47,391 nt of DNA from a virus. Its lineage: Duplodnaviria; Caudoviricetes. How positions within the stretch are numbered: position 1 is the stretch's first letter; every line of letters starts with the position of its first letter. Positions 1 to 9,832 of this stretch are shown in pieces. The notes beneath the pieces were generated by a model. It searched no databases. It saw only the letters and a list, made by a program, of their open reading frames with translations, and had not been told where the DNA came from. Position numbers and translations under genes: made by a program. The stretch is from the IMG/VR virus record IMGVR_UViG_3300022936_000011, positions 1 to 47,391 of that record; one strand, given 5' to 3'.

Positions 1-83
1 CCCTTTTAGAGATTTAATTCCCCTACAGCCCTTTGTGAGGGGTGTTATGCTGCCGAACATCAGAAACATCGAGGCATAACATC

Positions 84-554
84 GTGCTGAACCCGACCGA
101 CGAAAAATTCGTTGCCGCCATTGTCCGCGGCCTGAACCAGACCGAAGCGGCCATCGCCGCCGGGCTTAGTGAAAAAAGCGCCCAAGCGGCTGGTGCACGG
201 CTACGCAAAAAGAAATCCGTGGTAGACGCACTGGCCGCTATCGGGTTCTCCACCCCAGGCGCACCTATCACGATCCCAGCCAGCAAGGCGCAAGATCCTG
301 AAGCGGAAGAGGAGCCGATCGACGACCTGCCGAAAACGGAGGATTCGCTTGAGTTCCTGGAAGCCGTGGTCGCTAATCCGCGCATCCCTCTCGGCCGCCG
401 GATGGAAGCGGCAAAGACTTTGCTCCCTTTCCAGCACGCCAAGATCGGGGAAAAGGGCAAGAAAGAAACCAAGGCGGACGGCGCGAAGCAAACGGCCGGC
501 GGCGGCGATGTCTACGCGACGCGCAAACCACCCTCACTGAAGGCGGTTAACTAA
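84..554 (+). CDS. terS: terminase small subunit
   Basis: N-terminal HTH (FVAAIVRGLNQTEAAIAAGLSEKSAQAAGARL), directly upstream of TerL with TAATG overlap; GTG start at 84 after GAGG. Confidence 0.85.
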   Translation: MLNPTDEKFVAAIVRGLNQTEAAIAAGLSEKSAQAAGARLRKKKSVVDALAAIGFSTPGAPITIPASKAQDPEAEEEPIDDLPKTEDSLEFLEAVVANPRIPLGRRMEAAKTLLPFQHAKIGEKGKKETKADGAKQTAGGGDVYATRKPPSLKAVN

Positions 555-2230
555 TGGGTGCGCCGGCGTACACGACCGCCTGCCTGGATTGGGAGAACCG
601 GATCATCGAAGGGCGCAGCCTCATACCCTTCGAACCGCTGTTCCCCGAATCCGCTAACGAAGCCCGGGAATTCCGCCATAAGCTGAAGATCGTAGACGTG
701 GGCGACGGGCAACAGACGATCGGGGATATCGGTGCATCATGGGCGGAGGATGTATCGAACGCGATTTTCGGCGCCTACGACCCGGAGACCGGTATTCAGC
801 TGATCCGCGAAGCCTTCGTGCTGATCAGCAAGAAGAACGCCAAGTCGACAGAAGCCGCGAGTATCATGCTTACGGTCCTGAAGATGAACTGGCGGCAGTC
901 GGCCGAGTTCATCATCCTGGCGCCGACGAAGGAAGTGGCCGACAACGCCTACGCTCCGGCGCGTGACATGGTGAAGGCCGACCCAACGCTTGACAGCATG
1001 ATGCAGGTCCAAGACCACATACGAACCATCAAGCACTTGGGGACCGGCGCCACGTTGAAAGTCGTGGCGGCGGATACCAACACCGTCGGCGGCAAGAAGG
1101 CCGCGGTAATCCTGGTCGATGAGATCCACCTATTCGGCAAAAACCCGAACGCCGCCAAGATGCTTGTGGAAGCTACCGGCGGACTCGCCTCGCGGCCGGA
1201 AGGGTTCGTGCTTTACCTGACCACACAATCAGATGAACCGCCGGCGGGAGTCTTCGCCTCCAAGCTGATGTACGCCCGTAAGGTCCGGGATGGCGAGATC
1301 GTCGACCCGAACTTCCTACCGATCCTCTACGAGTTCCCGCAGCACTACATCGAGAACAAGCTTTACCTCGACCCGGCTAACTTCCACATGACGAACCCAA
1401 ATCTTGGTAAGTCAGCCAGTGTTGAGTTCATCGCGCGGGAACTCCGGCGAGCGGCCGAAGTTGGACCGACGGAAATGTTGATCGTACTGTCCAAATACTT
1501 GAACATCGAAGTTGGGCTGGCGCTGCGTACCGACCGATGGGCCGGCGCTGATCACTGGCTTGATACAACCGACGAGCAAGTAACCTTCGAAGCCTTGCGT
1601 GACATGTGCGAGGTGATCGACGTAGGGATCGACGGCGGCGGCCTGGACGACTTGCTCGGGCTCTCCCTGGTAGGACGGGTGACCGGCAGCGATAAGTGGG
1701 TCTCGTGGTCCCGTGCTTGGGCACACCCGTCAGCACTGCAGCGCAACCTGGCCGAGAAGTCGAAGATGGAAGACTTCGCGCAGCAAGGCGATTTGGTAAT
1801 GGTGAAGCGCATCGGCGACGACGTGACTGAGCTATGCGATCTTGTAGAACAGGTTTATGAATGGGGGCTGCTTGATCAAATCGGCGTTGACCCAGTTGGC
1901 ATCGGGGCCATCTTCGACGAACTGGTAAACCGTGAGATCCCTGAAAACAAGATCGTCGGCATTAGCCAAGGCTGGAAGCTCGGCGGCGCGATCAAGACCA
2001 CAGAACGCCGCCTCGCAGGCGGCCAGATGAGCCACGCTAAACAGGGCTTGATGGTCTGGTGCGTCTCCAACTGCCGCGTAGAGCCCCGGGCAAACTCAAT
2101 CCTGATCACCAAACAGGCTTCAGGCTCGGCTAAGATCGACCCAGTGATGGCGCTGTTTAACGCAGTAAGCCTGATGGCACTAAACCCGGCCGCCGCGCAT
2201 AAAAAGTTTCAAATGTTTACTCTAGGATGA
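554..2230 (+). CDS. terL: terminase large subunit (HK97/Terminase_1 type)
   Basis: Walker A-like ISKKNAKST, Walker B ILVDEIH, LTTQ coupling motif, nuclease GIDGGGLDDL, C-terminal KIDPVMAL. Confidence 0.95.
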   Translation: MGAPAYTTACLDWENRIIEGRSLIPFEPLFPESANEAREFRHKLKIVDVGDGQQTIGDIGASWAEDVSNAIFGAYDPETGIQLIREAFVLISKKNAKSTEAASIMLTVLKMNWRQSAEFIILAPTKEVADNAYAPARDMVKADPTLDSMMQVQDHIRTIKHLGTGATLKVVAADTNTVGGKKAAVILVDEIHLFGKNPNAAKMLVEATGGLASRPEGFVLYLTTQSDEPPAGVFASKLMYARKVRDGEIVDPNFLPILYEFPQHYIENKLYLDPANFHMTNPNLGKSASVEFIARELRRAAEVGPTEMLIVLSKYLNIEVGLALRTDRWAGADHWLDTTDEQVTFEALRDMCEVIDVGIDGGGLDDLLGLSLVGRVTGSDKWVSWSRAWAHPSALQRNLAEKSKMEDFAQQGDLVMVKRIGDDVTELCDLVEQVYEWGLLDQIGVDPVGIGAIFDELVNREIPENKIVGISQGWKLGGAIKTTERRLAGGQMSHAKQGLMVWCVSNCRVEPRANSILITKQASGSAKIDPVMALFNAVSLMALNPAAAHKKFQMFTLG

Positions 2231-2260
2231 TAAGGTGCGCGTAATTTACCGGAGCTGTAT

Positions 2261-4240
2261 ATGAACAGAGCCTACAGTTTTCTTGAGATCAAAGCGGTCG
2301 ACGACGAAGCCCGGGTACTTACGGGTATCGCTACGACGCCTCAAGTTGACCGCGCCAGTGATGTCATTGAGCCGCTCGGGGTTAAGTTTCAGAATCCGAT
2401 GCCGCTGTTGTGGCAACACGAGCACGACAAGCCTATCGGTACCGTGGTCTTCGACAAGCCGACGGCAAAAGGCGTTACCTTCACCGCGACGATTGCCAAA
2501 GTGGACGAGCCTGGCATCCTGAAGGATCGCGTCGACGAAGCCTGGCAGTCGGTTAAAGCTCAGATCGTGCGTGCGGTGTCGATCGGCTTCCGGGCTCTCG
2601 ACTTCGAGCCAATTGCTGGAACATACGGTCTGCGGTACAAATCAACGGAAGTTTACGAACTCTCGCTGGTTACGATCCCGTGCAACTCCGATTGCAAAAT
2701 TTCTACAGTCAAAAGTTTCGACATTGGTCTGCCAGCCGCGCAAGGCAAAAAGGCGATCCCTGTCGTACGTTTGAAATCCGCCGGCGCTTCGGCACCCGTT
2801 ACGAAAAAACCTCTCGTTATCCCGAAGCCCGAGGAGGGCCTAGACATGAAAACCGTTTCTGAGCAAATCGCGGAGTTCGAAGCAACTCGCGTTTCCAAGT
2901 CCGCCGAAATGTCCGCCATCATGGACAAAGCCAGCGAAGATGGCTCGACCCTGGACGCCGAGCAGTCGGAAGCTTTTGACACCCTGGAAGGTGAAGTAGG
3001 CGCGATCGACAAACATCTGTCCCGCCTGAAAGCGATGCAGAAGTCGCAAGCGCAGTCGGCCAAGCCAGTCGGCGAAACCGTGATCAAAACCCTGGACACC
3101 TCCGGTATGCCGCAAGTTCGCGCCAAGAACACCCAAAAGCTGGAACCCGGCATCGCATTCGCCCGTGCGGCGAAGTGCTTGGCTCTCGGCCACCTGGAGC
3201 ATCGCAATGCGATGGACATCGCCAAGGCGTTGTACGACGGCCAGGAAGGCGTTATCGCTGCTACCGAACGTCTCGTGACCAAGTCCGCGGTTGCCGCCGG
3301 TACCACTACCGACGCCACCTGGGCAAAACCACTGGTAGGCGAAGAGTCCAGCGTTTTCGCTGACTTCGTTACCTTCCTGCGCCCGCAGACCATCCTCGGT
3401 CGCTTCGGCAACAACGGTGTGCCATCCCTGCGCCGCGTTCCGTTCCGTACTGCACTGATCGGACAAACCTCCGGCGGCGACGGTTACTGGGTAGGTGAAG
3501 GCCAGGCCAAGCCGCTGACCAAGATCGACTTCAGCCGTACCACCATCGAGCCGTTGAAAGTAGCGAACATCGCCGTGGCGACCATGGAGCTGATCCGCGA
3601 CTCCAACCCGTCTGCCGACGCGATCATTCGCGACACCCTGGCCGACGCGCTGCGTGAGCGTCTCGATATCGACTTCATCAACCCCGCTAAGGCTGCTGTC
3701 GCCGGCATTTCGCCTGCTTCGATCCTGAACGGCGTCGCTGGCATCCCTTCCAGCGGTGACGATGCTGATGCAGTACGCGCCGACATCAAGGCACTGTTCA
3801 CCGCGTTCATCGCTGCGAACAACGCCCCGACCTCCGGCGTGTGGATCATGTCCTCGGTAACCGCTCTGGCACTGAGCCTGATGCAGAACCCTCTCGGCCA
3901 AACCGAGTTCCCGGGTATCGGCATGATGGGCGGCACTTTCTTCGGCCTGCCGGTGATCGTGTCGGAATACCTGCCATCTGATTCGTCGGGCGGTATCGTG
4001 GCCCTGGTTAACGCCAGCGACATCTACGAAGCGGACGAAGGTGGTATCGACATTTCGATGTCGACCGAGGCTTCCCTGCAGATGGATAACGCACCGGATA
4101 ACCCTACCACCGCGTCGACCGTAATGGTTTCGCTGTGGCAGCGTAACCTGGTCGGCTTCCGCGCCGAACGCACCATCAACTGGGCGCGTCGTCGTCCATC
4201 GGCTGTGGCTTACCTCACCGGTGTTAGCTGGGGTGCGTAA
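2261..4240 (+). CDS. fused prohead protease and HK97-fold major capsid protein
   Basis: N-terminal protease motifs (LLWQHEH, SIGF, ELSLVTIPCN), coiled-coil delta domain from ~2846, capsid motifs WVGEGQAKP and FRAERTINW. Confidence 0.93.
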   Translation: MNRAYSFLEIKAVDDEARVLTGIATTPQVDRASDVIEPLGVKFQNPMPLLWQHEHDKPIGTVVFDKPTAKGVTFTATIAKVDEPGILKDRVDEAWQSVKAQIVRAVSIGFRALDFEPIAGTYGLRYKSTEVYELSLVTIPCNSDCKISTVKSFDIGLPAAQGKKAIPVVRLKSAGASAPVTKKPLVIPKPEEGLDMKTVSEQIAEFEATRVSKSAEMSAIMDKASEDGSTLDAEQSEAFDTLEGEVGAIDKHLSRLKAMQKSQAQSAKPVGETVIKTLDTSGMPQVRAKNTQKLEPGIAFARAAKCLALGHLEHRNAMDIAKALYDGQEGVIAATERLVTKSAVAAGTTTDATWAKPLVGEESSVFADFVTFLRPQTILGRFGNNGVPSLRRVPFRTALIGQTSGGDGYWVGEGQAKPLTKIDFSRTTIEPLKVANIAVATMELIRDSNPSADAIIRDTLADALRERLDIDFINPAKAAVAGISPASILNGVAGIPSSGDDADAVRADIKALFTAFIAANNAPTSGVWIMSSVTALALSLMQNPLGQTEFPGIGMMGGTFFGLPVIVSEYLPSDSSGGIVALVNASDIYEADEGGIDISMSTEASLQMDNAPDNPTTASTVMVSLWQRNLVGFRAERTINWARRRPSAVAYLTGVSWGA

Positions 4241-4262
4241 CACCTCGCCGTAAGTGAATCGG

Positions 4263-4287
4263 AAAGGCCCTTCGGGGCCTTTTCTTT
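4263..4287 (+). terminator. intrinsic terminator after capsid gene
   Basis: aaaggccc-TTCG-gggcctttt followed by T tract. Confidence 0.85.
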
Positions 4288-4299
4288 AGGGGTACTTCC

Positions 4300-5673
4300 A
4301 TGATCGAGTTCATCCAGAAAATGGGTTTTATGGGCGACGACGGTGAAACCCCGACGCCACCGCTACCGGATCCTACGACTGTAAACTTCACCGCTGCGCA
4401 ATTCTCCCCCGGCCTCACTGGCTCCGTCAGCACCACAAAAAACGCAGCCCGCATCTACATGCGCGGCGCGGTAAGTCTGTGGTCCGGCTTTATTTCAGGC
4501 ACTGAAGCGAAACTGACTTCGCCGTCAGACTTTGGCGATCAGCCAGGATCTATGCAGGTTGCTATTAACGGTGGGGTTTTCACGCTGGCGCCCAATACCG
4601 GATCGGTTTACACGCTATTCACCGGTCTGCCGCACGCTACACGGTTCGTCGAGGTCCGCTATGACCCGCAAATGGCCGACGCGCCTTACGTTGCTTCCTC
4701 CGGCAACGTGCTCGAAGTGACCGGACAACCACCAACCCTGGCAACGCTTTCGAACAAAGTTCAGAACGGTGCGAACAGCACAACAGGTTTCTATTCCGGC
4801 GCGCAGGTAGCCAACGCCGCGACGTACACCCCGCCCATGCAAGCCCAGAAGGGCCAGAACTACGGCTCCAACATCGGCTCAATCAAGATTCGCGGCGCGT
4901 TCACGAAACTGGCCGTAACGGTCAACGGCTCGCGCAAAATCGCGGTAAGCAAGAATGGTGCAGCCCCGAGCTTCTACACGGTAGCAGACGAGACCGATAA
5001 CCCGATTCGGGCGATGCTGGTTCCGTGTGACGGTTCCACAGCCACTTACTACGTGTGGGACGACGGCAACGGTCGGAACAACAACGGGCACTTCGCGGTG
5101 GCCGGCGACTCGACCTTGCTAGACGTAGGTACCCGCCGCCGGATGGAGCAATACGGCGACTCAATCACCTTCGGTTCCGGGCCTAATGCCACATCGCGCG
5201 ACACTGAAACGATGCGAGTAGCGGCCGCCATGGGCTTTGTCGGTAGCACCAGCGGCGTAAGCGGCTTAACGATCGGCGGGCTTAACACACTCCTCGATAC
5301 CGTTCTACCAGCGCGCACCGTTGCTTCTACGGACGTGGCGATCCTGGCGATCGGGGGCAACAGCGCGGCCGGAGGCATTGATCCAGCGGAGCAGGCTGAA
5401 TATGCGTCGTGCATCGACAAGCTGATCGCCAAGGGCTATGGCAAAGTATTGTGCCGCGGCATCTTGCCGAACGTAGCCGCGCAACCACTGGTCGATGCGG
5501 CTAACATAACTCTGAAAAGTGTCATGGACGGCAAAGCGGACGCTAAACTGGTTTGGATCGACCCGACCACTTGGGCTTTCTCCACCGACGACGGCACTCA
5601 TCCAAACGCTGCAGGCTACGCAACTCTTGCCGGGTATGCCGTACCGGCTTATTCCGCTGCGCTAGGCTTGTGA
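4300..5673 (+). CDS. SGNH/GDSL hydrolase domain protein, probably virion-associated
   Basis: C-terminal SGNH blocks YGDSIT, GVSG, IGGNS, DGTHPN; beta-rich N-terminal region. Confidence 0.85.
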   Translation: MIEFIQKMGFMGDDGETPTPPLPDPTTVNFTAAQFSPGLTGSVSTTKNAARIYMRGAVSLWSGFISGTEAKLTSPSDFGDQPGSMQVAINGGVFTLAPNTGSVYTLFTGLPHATRFVEVRYDPQMADAPYVASSGNVLEVTGQPPTLATLSNKVQNGANSTTGFYSGAQVANAATYTPPMQAQKGQNYGSNIGSIKIRGAFTKLAVTVNGSRKIAVSKNGAAPSFYTVADETDNPIRAMLVPCDGSTATYYVWDDGNGRNNNGHFAVAGDSTLLDVGTRRRMEQYGDSITFGSGPNATSRDTETMRVAAAMGFVGSTSGVSGLTIGGLNTLLDTVLPARTVASTDVAILAIGGNSAAGGIDPAEQAEYASCIDKLIAKGYGKVLCRGILPNVAAQPLVDAANITLKSVMDGKADAKLVWIDPTTWAFSTDDGTHPNAAGYATLAGYAVPAYSAALGL

Positions 5674-5704
5674 TACACTCCCGCTAAATTTGAGGATTTT
5701 CCGC

Positions 5705-5989
5705 ATGGCCAAAGTCGAATTCATTTACAGCAAAGGCGGGAAGCGAGTTCCTATGGCTCTGCGTTATGCGGAAACCCTTCGCAAGTTGGGCCACGGCACT
5801 TACGAAACTCGTACGCTTACCGCCGGGGCGCCCGCTGCAGTTGTAGCGGAACCGCTGGTATCTGACGCGATCGCCGAGTTCGCTGCCGAAAACAATGTCG
5901 ACCTGTCGAAAGTCGTTGGTACCGGCAAAGACGGACGTATCCGCAAGTCGGATGTGGAAGCCGCTATTGACGCCCAGGATCTCGCATAA
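5705..5989 (+). CDS. small protein with C-terminal E3-binding (peripheral subunit-binding) domain
   Basis: AENNVDLSKVVGTGKDGRIRKSDVEA matches the PSBD pattern DL..V.GTG..GRI.K.DV of 2-oxoacid dehydrogenase E2 chains. Confidence 0.8.
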   Translation: MAKVEFIYSKGGKRVPMALRYAETLRKLGHGTYETRTLTAGAPAAVVAEPLVSDAIAEFAAENNVDLSKVVGTGKDGRIRKSDVEAAIDAQDLA

Positions 5990-7368
5990 TGCGCTTGTTC
6001 GGCTTTGACATCTCGCGGAAGACCTCGGCTGTCACGGTCGAGAAAACGCTGTCTAATGTTCCCGTTTCGCGCGGCTGGTGGCCGCTTGTTCGCGAGCCAT
6101 TCACAGGCGCCTGGCAACGTAATAAAGAACAACGCTTGGATACCTTGCTGAACTATCCGGCGTTGTACGCCTGTATCAATCGGATCGCATCTGATATCGG
6201 CAAGTTGCCTTTTAGCCTAAAATCCCGGAACGCGAAAGGCATCTGGTCCGAGATTGACAGCCCGGCGTTTTCCCCCGTGCTGCGCAAGCCGAACCATTAC
6301 CAGACCGGCCAGCAGTTCCGCGAATATTGGGCGTTGTCCAGGCTTACCCAAGGCAACGTGTACGTGCTCAAGGAGCGCGACAACCGCGGCGTCGTCGTCG
6401 GTATGTACATCCTCGACCCGTGCCGTGTTATGCCTCTCGTGTCGGACAGCGGCGAAGTGTTCTATCAGCTCTACACCGACAACCTGAATTTGCTTCCCGA
6501 CGGCTTTAACGAACTGGTCGTGCCGGCTTCTGAGATCATCCACGATCGCTGCATCTGCCCCTTCCATCCGTTGATCGGACTGCCACCGATTGCCGCGGCG
6601 TACCTGCCGACCCTGAAGAACATGCGGATCTTGAAGTCCTCCGCGGAGTTCTTCGGCAACAACGCGCAGCCGTCCGGCATCTTGTCAGCCCCCGGCGCGA
6701 TCAGTGACGAGACAGCTAAGCGTTTGTCCGACCACTGGAACACCAATTTCACCGGCGAGAATTCCGGCAAGGTCGCGGTTGTCGGCGATGGCCTGGCGTT
6801 TGTTGCCCTAGGTAGCAAGTCCGTAGACGCCCAAATGGTCGAGCAGCTCCGCTACTCCGATGAGCAGATCTGCCAGCCGTTCGGCATCCCACCGTTCAAG
6901 ATCGGCTTGGGCACAATCCCGTCCGGCCTCGGCGTGGACGCGATCAACCAGCTCTACTACGACGATGCGCTCCAATCGCCTATCCAGGCTATGGAAACGC
7001 TGCTGACCGAAGGGTTGAACGCCATGCCGTATAAAGTCGACATGGACGAAACGGTTCTCATGCGCATGGACGCCGGCAAGAAGGCTGACTACCATAAAAC
7101 GCTTATCGACGGTAGCATCGAGACGATCAACGAGGGTCGACTGGACTTCAACCTGCCACCTCTTGACGGTGGCGATACGGTCTATAAACAACAGCAGGAC
7201 TTCCCTCTCAGCGTCATCAAGGATAACGTTCTGCCAACGCCAAATGCCGCGCCAGCTATTGAAGCGCCCGTAGCCGATCCAGTGGTCGATGACCAAACAC
7301 AAAAGGCCCTAGCAGAATTGTTTCTGCTTAAAGCAGTTCAGGCCGCACGAATTGAGGTTACCCGATGA
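5989..7368 (+). CDS. portal protein, HK97 family
   Basis: ACINRIASDIGKLP, LRKPNHYQT, GNVYV, EIIHDR, FFGNNAQPSGIL, FGIPP, TINEGR. Confidence 0.95.
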   Translation: MRLFGFDISRKTSAVTVEKTLSNVPVSRGWWPLVREPFTGAWQRNKEQRLDTLLNYPALYACINRIASDIGKLPFSLKSRNAKGIWSEIDSPAFSPVLRKPNHYQTGQQFREYWALSRLTQGNVYVLKERDNRGVVVGMYILDPCRVMPLVSDSGEVFYQLYTDNLNLLPDGFNELVVPASEIIHDRCICPFHPLIGLPPIAAAYLPTLKNMRILKSSAEFFGNNAQPSGILSAPGAISDETAKRLSDHWNTNFTGENSGKVAVVGDGLAFVALGSKSVDAQMVEQLRYSDEQICQPFGIPPFKIGLGTIPSGLGVDAINQLYYDDALQSPIQAMETLLTEGLNAMPYKVDMDETVLMRMDAGKKADYHKTLIDGSIETINEGRLDFNLPPLDGGDTVYKQQQDFPLSVIKDNVLPTPNAAPAIEAPVADPVVDDQTQKALAELFLLKAVQAARIEVTR

Positions 7369-8198
7369 TCGACCCGGTAGAGTTCGGCAAGGCCATGGGC
7401 GCCTTGGTAAAAGAATCGACGGCGCCCCTGCTCGAGCGAATCGACCAGCTGGAAAAGCAGCTGTCGGAGATCCACATTTTTACCGCCGAGGATGCCGCTT
7501 CGCTAGTTGACGTCGAAGCATTGGCGAAGTCCGCTGCCGCGCTTGTACCGAAGGCCGAAGACGGCAAGTCGATCACCGTTGAAGACGTACGACCCCTGGT
7601 CGACGAACTGGTCTCTAAAGCCGTAGCCGCGTTGCCGGCGCCGGAGAAGGGAAAGGACGCCGACATGGATGTGCTCAAATCGCACGTCGGTGAACTGGTG
7701 AAAACAATCCAGCCCGCCACACCTTTGCCAGTGCCATCGGTCGAGGAGATCGCGGGTACGTTCGAGCGTCGTTTCTCCGACTTGACACTATCGTGGGAAC
7801 GCCAGGCGCGAGACACCTTCGAGAAGGCCGCCGACCGTATGCCGAAACCGAAGGACGGCCAAGACGCTTTGTCGCTAGAGAACTTCGACATGGTGATCGG
7901 CGACGATGGCCGCACGGTAACCGTGAAGATGCAGGCCGGTGAAACCGTGATCGAGAAGTCGGTGAAGATCGCCGCTGTCATTGATCGCGATATTTTCAAG
8001 TCGGACGGCGCCTACGAGAAAGGCGACGGCGTGTCTTACGGCGGCAGCTTCTGGATTGCCAAGTGCGATGCTCCTAAAGGCGTCCCGGGCAGTGGCGAGA
8101 CAGATTGGCGCTGCGCTGTGAAGAAAGGCCGTGATGGTAAAGACCTGCGCGACAACGCCAGCACTGTCGACCCTACCAAGGGAGTGTCGATCAAATGA
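7365..8198 (+). CDS. portal-adjacent head morphogenesis protein
   Basis: Coupled to portal; GKD-type repeats and C-terminal YEKGDGVSYGGSFW...WRCAVKKGRDGKD. Confidence 0.55.
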   Translation: MIDPVEFGKAMGALVKESTAPLLERIDQLEKQLSEIHIFTAEDAASLVDVEALAKSAAALVPKAEDGKSITVEDVRPLVDELVSKAVAALPAPEKGKDADMDVLKSHVGELVKTIQPATPLPVPSVEEIAGTFERRFSDLTLSWERQARDTFEKAADRMPKPKDGQDALSLENFDMVIGDDGRTVTVKMQAGETVIEKSVKIAAVIDRDIFKSDGAYEKGDGVSYGGSFWIAKCDAPKGVPGSGETDWRCAVKKGRDGKDLRDNASTVDPTKGVSIK

Positions 8199-8569
8199 TG
8201 TACGTGACGTTGGAACGCGGCAAGCAGCACTTGAACATGGATCACGACTCGGACGACGTGCTGATCACGGCGTACATCGGCGCGGCTTCCGGCGCGGTTA
8301 AGAACTACCTGAAGTCGGCGAGCCCGTACGAAATTGAGCGCGACAGTAACGACGATCCGATCCTTGATAGCTCCGGCGATCCTGTGTATATCGTCGACAG
8401 CTCAGGTGATAAGGTCGTCAAGTACGAAGTCCAGGCGGCAACGCTCCTGCAGCTCGGCTTTCTGTATAAAGATCGTGACGAGAACGCAGACGGGGCCTAC
8501 GACATGGGCTATCTGCCGAAACCGGTCACCGCTCTGCTCTACCCCTTGAGGATGCCGGCATGCCAGTAG
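8195..8569 (+). CDS. head-tail connector (HK97 gp6-like)
   Basis: VTLERGKQHL..D.D.DD.LI..YI.AA, ATLLQLGFLYKDR, LLYPLR. Confidence 0.88.
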   Translation: MMYVTLERGKQHLNMDHDSDDVLITAYIGAASGAVKNYLKSASPYEIERDSNDDPILDSSGDPVYIVDSSGDKVVKYEVQAATLLQLGFLYKDRDENADGAYDMGYLPKPVTALLYPLRMPACQ

Positions 8570-9279
8570 GAGACTATTTCAGGAAGATATTCGGCGGACC
8601 CCTCCGTAAGGAAACGGACATGGGCGACGGCAGCCATGCGGAGCGCGTTATAGCGGTGCCGCCGGCCGATATGCTCAGCGGTGATCGTCTCCAAGTTGCC
8701 CTGGACGAACCGATCGACGTGAACCTACCACAAGCGCTCATCACCGGCGGCGGTATCGCTGGGATCAGTCCGCGACTGCGCGTTGACGCCGGGCAAACAG
8801 GGTTTTTCGCCGGCCGCATGTTCCGATCCTATATCAACGCCGTGATCCCGGTAGCTGGACCGGCGGTGTCCTTCCGGTTCACCAGTAGCAAGGACTTCAT
8901 CCTCTGGAACCAGCACCTTGAACTAACCCAGGGAGCGCTGCAGCTTGAGGTGTTCACCGGCGCGGTAACCCCGTCGGGAACCTGGACGCAACGGCCGATC
9001 ATCGGTGTTAACCGCATGTCGGAAAGGCCGACCCCTTTCTACGTGCCGGTCATCACATTGGAAAGTGGCGGCGCATTCACCGGAGGAACCGCGGTAGACT
9101 TGATTCAGCTCCGATCATCCTCCGCGAATAACAGTGCTACCAACGTCGGGGGCGAGTGGACCGAACGAGGCTTACCGGCCGGCACCTACTACGGGCGCTT
9201 CAGCACCTTGACCGGAGGCCTGACGGTGAACGACGCCGCACAGATGCTCTATTCCCTGACGTGGGAAGAACGTTCATGA
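8560..9279 (+). CDS. hypothetical protein, possibly virion-associated
   Basis: 239-aa ORF overlapping its neighbours inside the neck module; beta-rich. Confidence 0.6.
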   Translation: MPVGDYFRKIFGGPLRKETDMGDGSHAERVIAVPPADMLSGDRLQVALDEPIDVNLPQALITGGGIAGISPRLRVDAGQTGFFAGRMFRSYINAVIPVAGPAVSFRFTSSKDFILWNQHLELTQGALQLEVFTGAVTPSGTWTQRPIIGVNRMSERPTPFYVPVITLESGGAFTGGTAVDLIQLRSSSANNSATNVGGEWTERGLPAGTYYGRFSTLTGGLTVNDAAQMLYSLTWEERS

Positions 9280-9614
9280 GCCGCGCCGGCCAGTACCGCC
9301 ACCGGGTGGACATCCAAGACTGGACCGAAGTCCGGGACGAAGAGACGGGAGGATTTACAGAAGCTTGGGTAACCGTGTTCGAGAACGTTCCGGCGCGCAT
9401 TGCTCCCGCCAGCGGCAGGGAATTCCTGGCCGCTGCGGCTATTCAGTCTGAGATCATCGCGCGCATCGTGATTCGCCAGCGCCCCGGCCTGAATGCCAAG
9501 CAACGCATTTTGCATAACGGCGATATCTACAATGTTCACGCGTGGCTGCCGGATCAGGAAAGTGGGCGCGATTACGTTTCTGCTCCGTGCAGCCGTGGCG
9601 TTAACGAGGGTTAG
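9276..9614 (+). CDS. head closure / head-tail adaptor (SPP1 gp16-like)
   Basis: RAGQYRHRVDIQ, W..V...VPA.I.P.SGRE; ATGA overlap start at 9276. Confidence 0.88.
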   Translation: MSRAGQYRHRVDIQDWTEVRDEETGGFTEAWVTVFENVPARIAPASGREFLAAAAIQSEIIARIVIRQRPGLNAKQRILHNGDIYNVHAWLPDQESGRDYVSAPCSRGVNEG

Positions 9615-9616
9615 AC

Positions 9617-9832
9617 ATGGATGGTTCGGTAATAGCTAAGCAAATTTGGGCCTCCAGTCGATCGGGCATACGGTTCGAAGTACAAGCCGTAGGCCGTCAT
9701 GCGCAAGATTGCAGTTGGCCTATGGTGGTTTACACGAATTTAGAACCTACGGAAGACGCACCCGCGGGAACAACATGGGTTCTCGATGAGCTGATATTTA
9801 TAAAACGCATGATACTCGTAGAAAACTCGTGA
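9617..9832 (+). CDS. small hypothetical protein (DUF1653-like)
   Basis: G.RFEV.AVGRH...MVVY...TWV.....F pattern. Confidence 0.5.
   Translation: MDGSVIAKQIWASSRSGIRFEVQAVGRHAQDCSWPMVVYTNLEPTEDAPAGTTWVLDELIFIKRMILVENS

Noticed and set aside
2840-4243. Long antisense ORFs (467 aa here, also 15732-16481 and 20730-21566)
   Set aside because: Shadow frames of strongly codon-biased real genes, with no recognisable motifs
4238-4300. Capsid readthrough or frameshift into the SGNH gene
   Set aside because: A second in-frame stop follows within a few codons and a terminator lies between the genes
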